Origin: Candidatus Latescibacterota bacterium
GTDB taxonomy: Bacteria; Latescibacterota; UBA2968; UBA8231
Assembly: GCA_965197905.1 (NCBI GenBank)
Contig: CBDAOB010000002.1
Coordinates: 224,001-288,000, forward strand
Length of the DNA stretch: 64,000 nt
Reading direction: 5' to 3'
In this document: positions 58,277-64,000 of the stretch, piece by piece
How the letters are laid out: the number at the start of each line of letters is the position of its first letter
Position numbering within the stretch: position 1 is the first letter of the stretch
Program-made: the position numbers and the translations under genes
The notes under the pieces: generated by a model
Database searches by the model: none
Told to the model about the DNA's origin: nothing
What the model saw: only the letters and a program-made list of their open reading frames with translations

Positions 58277-59541
58277 GGCCGTCTGTTTTCGAGCTGATTT
58301 TGGAGGTCGTCGACAATCTGTCGGAATCTGGGAGCGCCTACCAGGTTGCGGAACTCGCCCGGATCGTCGTTGAGATCATATAACTCGCCCGGAACGCCCT
58401 CGTAGAGATTGAGTTTCCAATCTTCGGTCCGGATCATCTGCAGATCGCCCAGTTGCGCGAGCACAGACCGGCGCCAAGCCGCCGGCCTCGCGTTCGACCC
58501 CAATAGCGGGGCCAACGACCGGCCCTGCACCGTCTCCGGAATCGGCGCTCCGATCAGCTCGCCGATCGTCGGGAACAGGTCCACATGTTCCACCAGCTCG
58601 CTTCGCCGCACCGGCGCGACCCCGGGCATGCTGACAAACAGCGGCACGTGGACCGAACCCTCGTACATACATCCCTTCAAGAAGATTTGATGCTCCCATA
58701 GCTGATCGCCGTGATCGGCTGTGCACATAACGATGGTCTCATCGAGCACGCCAAGACGGTCGAGCGCTTCGAGAATGAGCCCGCAATAGGCATCGGCGAG
58801 TGAGGCCAATCCATGGTATGCGGCGACCATTTGTCGCAGCTCAATCTCGGTGAGATGCGCCCAATCTCGCTGCCTGACTGAAATCGATTGATGGGGAACG
58901 GCACCCGGCGGAGCCTGCTCGGGGAGTTGGATCGCGTTCTGATCGATAGCCTCGTAATATTCCCGCGGCGGGTAGAAGGGGGGATGAGGTTCCGTTATAT
59001 CCACCCAGCAGAAGAAGGGCTCGCTGTCCCTCACTGCCCTTTCGATCTGGGCAATCGCATGGTCGGCAACGAACTGTCCGCGATACTCAGCCCTGGTGCG
59101 CGTGCTGGGGCCTCCCGTGGTGCGGCGGGTGGTATCTTGCCACTCCCATGCGTATCGGTCGCGCGCTGCGGAGGATATATGGTCGCGCCACGGTGTCGTG
59201 TCGATGGTGACATCGTACCCCGAACCGATGGCGGGGTCGTTCCAGTGGGGACGTCCGACATCTATACGGCAATAATCCAGCGGTTCGAGGGCATGGGCGA
59301 TCTGGGAGATACCCGAGGTGGGAGCATGACCGGACGCGATCAATCCGTTGTCGTAGGGATACCGACCCGTGGCGATCGAGTGGCGGGCAGGTACACAGGC
59401 GGGGGACTGGGTATAACAGCGATCGAAGCAAACGCTGCGGCTTGAGAGGAGATCCAGATTGGGGGTCCGGGCTACGGGGTTGCCAGTACACCCTAGGGCA
59501 TCATAGCGCAGCTGATCACACGTCAACACCAGCACGTTCAT
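58273..59541 (-). CDS. Formylglycine-dependent sulfatase (no signal peptide)
   Basis: DQLR, CVPARHSIATGRY, EPHPPF, ADHGD, ELYDL..DP.E..NL. Confidence 0.92.
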   Translation of the reverse strand: MNVLVLTCDQLRYDALGCTGNPVARTPNLDLLSSRSVCFDRCYTQSPACVPARHSIATGRYPYDNGLIASGHAPTSGISQIAHALEPLDYCRIDVGRPHWNDPAIGSGYDVTIDTTPWRDHISSAARDRYAWEWQDTTRRTTGGPSTRTRAEYRGQFVADHAIAQIERAVRDSEPFFCWVDITEPHPPFYPPREYYEAIDQNAIQLPEQAPPGAVPHQSISVRQRDWAHLTEIELRQMVAAYHGLASLADAYCGLILEALDRLGVLDETIVMCTADHGDQLWEHQIFLKGCMYEGSVHVPLFVSMPGVAPVRRSELVEHVDLFPTIGELIGAPIPETVQGRSLAPLLGSNARPAAWRRSVLAQLGDLQMIRTEDWKLNLYEGVPGELYDLNDDPGEFRNLVGAPRFRQIVDDLQNQLENRRP

Positions 59542-59573
59542 CGGCCCTCGGACGTGCTTCTGCATCGTATCTT

Positions 59574-60446
59574 TTACAGGTCTATGTCGACATGCAGCGA
59601 CTGATGGTTGGAAGCTTGTCTTTCCGTACCCACGTGTGCGGACTGCACCTTGTCCGCCAGCCAGGCGCTAACGAAGCAGTAGTCGATGCGCCTACCTTGT
59701 CCGTCGGTCGAAACGGTCGCCCCATCCTCCTCCTCATGTCCGGCGGCGACCCAGGCGTCGGCCAGACCTGCAACGTTTACCAGGCGCCCACGCTTCGAGT
59801 CGTGGGGGCCTACCATCCGTTCGTACTCTACGGACTGACTGGTGAAGTTGAAGTCCCCCAGCAGGATTGTCTCCGCCGGCATGGGCGGTGCGGGTTCATC
59901 GGTCCATCCGGCCGCAGGGTTGTAATGTTTGCCACACCAGACCCCGCCTGCCCGGGGGGCCTGCGCGATCACTTCGAGTAAGGTGTCCACCTGCGCCAGG
60001 CGCAGGTCCCGGGCGAGGTGGTGCAGGTGCAAGGTGTAGACCTTGACCGCCCCGGAAGGAAGTGAGATGACCCCTTCCAGGGCACTCCGCTGCAGACTGA
60101 TCTGGTCTACCGTGCCCCACTTTGGCAGCAGATGGTTGCGCCGGCTCAGGATGGGATATCGGGAAAGCAGCATGTTGCCAAATTGCCGCCGACGATTGTC
60201 GACCTGTCCGTCGGGGGCGACGCTGCTGGCATCCACGTCCAATCCCTCGCCGTAAATCCAGTAGTACTCCGGCAGCAGGGCGGCGAACTCCGCCACCTGG
60301 TCGGTCATCCCGGAGCGCCGAAAGAACCGTTCCACCTCCTGCAAGGCGATGATGTCCGCCCCACGAACGGCGTCGGCAATCCGGGGCAGGTCGTAACGGG
60401 CGTCCATGCCCAACCCGAAGTGGATGTTGTAGGAAGCCAGCTTCAT
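59574..60446 (-). CDS. Endonuclease/exonuclease/phosphatase family protein
   Basis: SYNIH, ALQEV, FGN.LLSRYP, LGDFN, RIDY, SNH. Confidence 0.92.
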   Translation of the reverse strand: MKLASYNIHFGLGMDARYDLPRIADAVRGADIIALQEVERFFRRSGMTDQVAEFAALLPEYYWIYGEGLDVDASSVAPDGQVDNRRRQFGNMLLSRYPILSRRNHLLPKWGTVDQISLQRSALEGVISLPSGAVKVYTLHLHHLARDLRLAQVDTLLEVIAQAPRAGGVWCGKHYNPAAGWTDEPAPPMPAETILLGDFNFTSQSVEYERMVGPHDSKRGRLVNVAGLADAWVAAGHEEEDGATVSTDGQGRRIDYCFVSAWLADKVQSAHVGTERQASNHQSLHVDIDL

Positions 60447-61069
60447 TTCAGCGTGATCTTGTCATCGCGATTCAGCTTCGATTGCTCGAGTATTCCGTAG
60501 AGTACCAGTGAGAGAGAACACAACAGAAGTATCGATGCCAACCCATAGGTAATCATGCGGGAACCGAATCTTGGTATGAGGAAGAAGGTGGTGAACAGGA
60601 TGCCGAAGATATTGCCGGTGGTCGAAACGGCGTATATCGTGCCCGATACGGTACCAGCTCGACCGCTTCTGGCGAGCACCAGGCGAACGCCGAACGGGGT
60701 GAAGATCGCCAAACACATCAAGGGGAGAAACAGCACGGCGGCGCACGCTATAAGCCCTCCGAGGGCGGGGTCCGTCACGAGCATGGCAACCTTCATACAA
60801 ATGGCGTCCAAGAACCGCGGAATGAACGCGACGTAACCGAAGGCCAAGAATATCACACCCCCAAGAACCCTAGTGGAACCCGATCGATCCGCGAGGTGCC
60901 CGCCCAGGAAATACCCGATGGCGAGGGCCGCCAAAACGGTGGAGATCAGTGCCGCCCAAATGTGAATCGTGTAACCGAAGTATGGACCGAGATACCGGCT
61001 GCCGAGCATTTCCAGCGACATAAGCACGGCGCCCAAGATGAACGCATTGATGTATACGAGCGCCTTCAT
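60443..61069 (-). CDS. Membrane protein matching the N-terminal transmembrane domain of fused MFS/spermidine-synthase proteins, without the methyltransferase domain
   Basis: G.VLMSLE.LGSR.L.PYFG....W..LI, GYFLGG.LADR, G.IYAVST.G.I.G. Confidence 0.85.
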   Translation of the reverse strand: MKALVYINAFILGAVLMSLEMLGSRYLGPYFGYTIHIWAALISTVLAALAIGYFLGGHLADRSGSTRVLGGVIFLAFGYVAFIPRFLDAICMKVAMLVTDPALGGLIACAAVLFLPLMCLAIFTPFGVRLVLARSGRAGTVSGTIYAVSTTGNIFGILFTTFFLIPRFGSRMITYGLASILLLCSLSLVLYGILEQSKLNRDDKITLK

Positions 61070-61226
61070 AATCAAAACGAATGGGTCAAATACCGCGTTA
61101 TAGGTCCTGGAGTCAAGTACATCCCCCATCTTGACCCGAGTTCCCGTGGCGCGGTTTATTTGACCCTGGTCGGATCCCGGAACATTCGAACATGCTGCTT
61201 TAGGCGATCGCTAAACGAGGCATACC

Positions 61227-62090
61227 ATGGATCGAAAAACATTACTGGAGGAAGTCCGATTCTACTTTGCCGATTCGGATCACTGGCACCGTCTGTGTGC
61301 CGCATTGCCAGATCCGGATCCCCAAAGCAGCCACCTCCACGCCTATGTGGAAACGTCAGTGCACCCGAACTCCATCGAAGCTATCATGGTAGGTTACTTC
61401 GAGAGAGTAGGGTGGCCATCCAGCCGCAAGATCGACCATATGTCGCCCAGGGAGGGCATGGGAAGCCTGCATGGGATAGAGCCGCAAGGCAAACTCCACT
61501 TCGATTACAATTGGTTCTTTCAGAAGGATGCAGGGCTGCGACCATTGGACGGTGGAGAGTCGGGTTGCAACCTGCTGGTTTGGAATCGCTGGTATATCAA
61601 TCAGTTCTACCGCCAGTTCCCCTTTCGAGAGGTCGGCGCAGACGAAGAGAGGGCGTTACAAACCTACTTCCAATCCGATCATTTCTTGAAAGGTCTGGAG
61701 TTTCCCGTCAAGCCGACTACGTGCCATATGCACATTAACGTACATACCAGTATCCATCCCGATATCATTCAACCGCAGGCCGAAGCAGCCCTCTCTCGTG
61801 AGGGTTTTAGGATTTACTACACCTGTCCCAACGTGTATCTAGTGAACGGCAACTATCGCGGCAAGCTGGTTTTCATGGGACAAGACCCCGAGGTGGTCTT
61901 CGACATCGGCTGGGAGTTCACCCCGGACGTGCTCATCGAACCCGCCTGGGAACCGTGGATTTACGAAGATCATCCGGGTTATGATGTATGGACTGCGCAG
62001 ATGTTGGCTGAAGTGATGAACGAGGACTACGTTCGTCTCAATGACGAAGAGATATCGAGCGTGTTGGACGCTTGCTGCTTTCCGAAGTAG
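61227..62090 (+). CDS. Hypothetical protein with an internal two-fold repeat carrying HxH...TSxHP motifs
   Basis: GAGG Shine-Dalgarno; HLHAYVETSVHP and HMHINVHTSIHP, each followed by FDxxWxF. Confidence 0.75.
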   Translation: MDRKTLLEEVRFYFADSDHWHRLCAALPDPDPQSSHLHAYVETSVHPNSIEAIMVGYFERVGWPSSRKIDHMSPREGMGSLHGIEPQGKLHFDYNWFFQKDAGLRPLDGGESGCNLLVWNRWYINQFYRQFPFREVGADEERALQTYFQSDHFLKGLEFPVKPTTCHMHINVHTSIHPDIIQPQAEAALSREGFRIYYTCPNVYLVNGNYRGKLVFMGQDPEVVFDIGWEFTPDVLIEPAWEPWIYEDHPGYDVWTAQMLAEVMNEDYVRLNDEEISSVLDACCFPK

Positions 62091-62162
62091 CGAAGGAGCT
62101 CGACGTCTCTTTAACTCTGGGCACGACCGAGTTTGCACTATCATGAACGGAGTCTAATTGAC

Positions 62163-62741
62163 ATGGTGACTAACCGTTTCGACAAGGGGCCGGAGGGCTG
62201 GTGTTCCTACGACTACCACGCGAGTGTAACTTCCGGTGATGAAATCTTTGTGTTGACTAGCTGGAGTTCCCGCGGCGGCGTCGACGATTCGGGGTATGTC
62301 TGGGCGGATCATCACCGGTGGAGCGCCGATACCCCCGAAAAGCCGGTCTCCATCCTTCCGTTAATCCACTATCGCAGCTGGGTCGAAGCCGATCCGGTAG
62401 ACTTGAGGGATGCTGCGGTCTCCTTCTATCTGCGGGGGGACAACCTGAACATCAACACGGCGCAATGCTACTTCTGGGCGCACACCCACGGCAACCGCTG
62501 GCATTGCCATGACCAACCGATCGTCATCCCCGAAGGCAGGTGGGGCGACGAACCAACAGTAGTTACAACGTCGGCAGATGAGAGCCAATGGTATTGCAGC
62601 TGGCAGAATCCCAGTCATGAGCCCGCGTCGCTGTTACAGGTGCTGTCTGGGGCGCACAGCTACGGGTTCTCCTTCGTCGGTTTCGGATCCGAGGTCAGTG
62701 GACGACTCTCGCTGGCCCGGTTCGAAATCCAAACAGAGTAG
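62163..62741 (+). CDS. Hypothetical Trp-rich beta-sandwich protein
   Basis: GGAG Shine-Dalgarno; FDKGPEGW start and an aromatic-rich strand pattern resembling a jelly-roll or CBM-like fold. Confidence 0.65.
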   Translation: MVTNRFDKGPEGWCSYDYHASVTSGDEIFVLTSWSSRGGVDDSGYVWADHHRWSADTPEKPVSILPLIHYRSWVEADPVDLRDAAVSFYLRGDNLNINTAQCYFWAHTHGNRWHCHDQPIVIPEGRWGDEPTVVTTSADESQWYCSWQNPSHEPASLLQVLSGAHSYGFSFVGFGSEVSGRLSLARFEIQTE

Positions 62742-62793
62742 GGCCTCTACTCGGTCCGCATTCCTAATTCCATTCATTCGATGAGATAATGAC

Positions 62794-64000
62794 ATGAGCA
62801 GCTCAACAGTTGATCGGTCCTTCATGAAAGGGCTCAAGTGGCGAAACATCGGTCCCCCGCGAGGAGGACGCACAAGCGCGGTCGTCGGCCATCCCACAGA
62901 GCAAGCGGTGTTCTATTTTGGAGCGTGTGGCGGCGGTGTGTGGAAATCGGACGATGCAGGGACCTACTGGGAGAACATCTCAGACGGCTACTTCACCTCG
63001 GCGGCGGTCGGGGCTATCGCCGTAGCCGAATCCGATCCCAATGTGATCTATGTAGGCACCGGGGAGACGGCGATCAGGAAAGACGTGACCGGCGGAGACG
63101 GCGTTTACCGCTCGGCGGACGGCGGGGCGTCATGGGAGAACGTCGGGCTGTCGGACACGAGGTACATCGGCAAGATCCGCGTCCACCCAAGGGACGCCGA
63201 TCTGGTCTACGTCGCGGCGTTGGGACACATCTTCGGACCGAACGAGGAGCGGGGTCTCTTTCGCTCCAAGAACGGCGGCAAAAGCTGGGAGAAGGTCCTC
63301 TACAAGAGCGACAAAGCCGGGGCGGTGGATATTTCCATGGATCCGACCAACCCGCGCCGCCTCTTCGCATCGGTGTGGGAAACCTCCAGATCGTTCTGGG
63401 ACCTGTCGAGCGGCGGTCCGGACAGCGGGCTGCACCGTTCGACGGCCGGGGGAGATACGTGGACGGACATCTCGAACAATCCAGGATTGCCGAAGGGAAT
63501 GAAAGGCAAGATCGGGGTGGCCATTTCTCCGGCACGGCCGCAGCGGGTGTGGGCGATCATCGAGGCCGACAACCACGACGGTGGTCTCTACCGCTCAGAC
63601 GACGGGGGCGACACCTGGACATTGATGAGCGATAAACGGGAGCTGATCGGCCGTCCGTTCTACTACTGCCACGTGTACGCCGACCCGCTGGACGCAGACA
63701 CCATGTACGTCCTCGACTTCAAGATGTGGAAGTCAACGGATGGGGGTTCCGGCTTCACCGAGATTACCACGCCTCACGGCGATAATCACGACCTGTGGAT
63801 CGATCCAAATAACACTCAGCGCATGATCCAGGGAAACGACGGCGGCGCCTGCGTTTCGCTCAACGGGGGACGCTCATGGACCACAATCTACAACCAGCTA
63901 ACGTCCCAGTTCTACAGAATGGATGTGGACAACCAGTTTCCGTATCACGTCTACGCCACCCAGCAGGACAACTCGAGCATCTGCGTCCCCAGCGCTACGG
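62794..64000 (+). CDS. VPS10/sortilin-like BNR-repeat glycosyl-hydrolase-like protein, 5' part (runs off the window)
   Basis: Not in the ORF track. My translation reads MSSSTVDRSFMKGLKWRNIGPPRGGRTSAVVGHP..YFGACGGGVWKSDDAGTYWENISD..YVGTGE..RPFYY..HGDNHDLWIDP..GNDGG. Confidence 0.9.
   Translation, partial: MSSSTVDRSFMKGLKWRNIGPPRGGRTSAVVGHPTEQAVFYFGACGGGVWKSDDAGTYWENISDGYFTSAAVGAIAVAESDPNVIYVGTGETAIRKDVTGGDGVYRSADGGASWENVGLSDTRYIGKIRVHPRDADLVYVAALGHIFGPNEERGLFRSKNGGKSWEKVLYKSDKAGAVDISMDPTNPRRLFASVWETSRSFWDLSSGGPDSGLHRSTAGGDTWTDISNNPGLPKGMKGKIGVAISPARPQRVWAIIEADNHDGGLYRSDDGGDTWTLMSDKRELIGRPFYYCHVYADPLDADTMYVLDFKMWKSTDGGSGFTEITTPHGDNHDLWIDPNNTQRMIQGNDGGACVSLNGGRSWTTIYNQLTSQFYRMDVDNQFPYHVYATQQDNSSICVPSAT

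Noticed and set aside
62838..63635. 265-aa Arg-rich ORF
   Set aside because: It is an alternative frame of the VPS10-like gene that starts at 62794.
1..64000. CRISPR array, IS/integrase, prophage, tRNA/rRNA, or selenoprotein with an in-frame UGA
   Set aside because: I saw no spaced direct repeats, transposase or phage motifs, or RNA-gene signatures. The interrupted genes are frameshifts rather than UGA read-through. This was a scan by eye and could miss short elements.

Overview
GC-rich bacterial window with about 45 protein-coding genes. I recognised no rRNA, tRNA, CRISPR array or mobile element. The gene content (PhyH dioxygenases, sulfatases, Asp-box proteins, CRTAC1/ASPIC-UnbV proteins, an FlgD-Ig-tailed secreted protein) suggests an uncultured FCB-group heterotroph such as Candidatus Latescibacterota; this is inference. 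Two loci stand out. (1) At 3.7-9.3 kb, selenoneine genes senA-senB are divergent from a PhnCDE-like putative selenate ABC transporter, with no selD/senC or egtD in the window. (2) At 26-58 kb, an island holds three paralogous ~990-aa secreted proteins of no family I can name. They look like outer-membrane beta-barrels with an inserted soluble domain, Ca-binding DxDxDG repeats and hypervariable loops. Around them lie a double-FlgD-Ig secreted protein behind a ~205-nt leader, two CRTAC1 proteins, a TPR protein and many signal-peptide-less propeller hydrolases and sulfatases. This is a candidate undescribed uptake or surface system. Smaller points are a frameshifted, apparently exported ribosomal L7/L12 C-terminal domain bracketed by cysteines, an internally duplicated His-motif protein, and three to four small-deletion frameshifts that may be sequencing errors. 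All family calls come from motif recognition by eye, not from searches.
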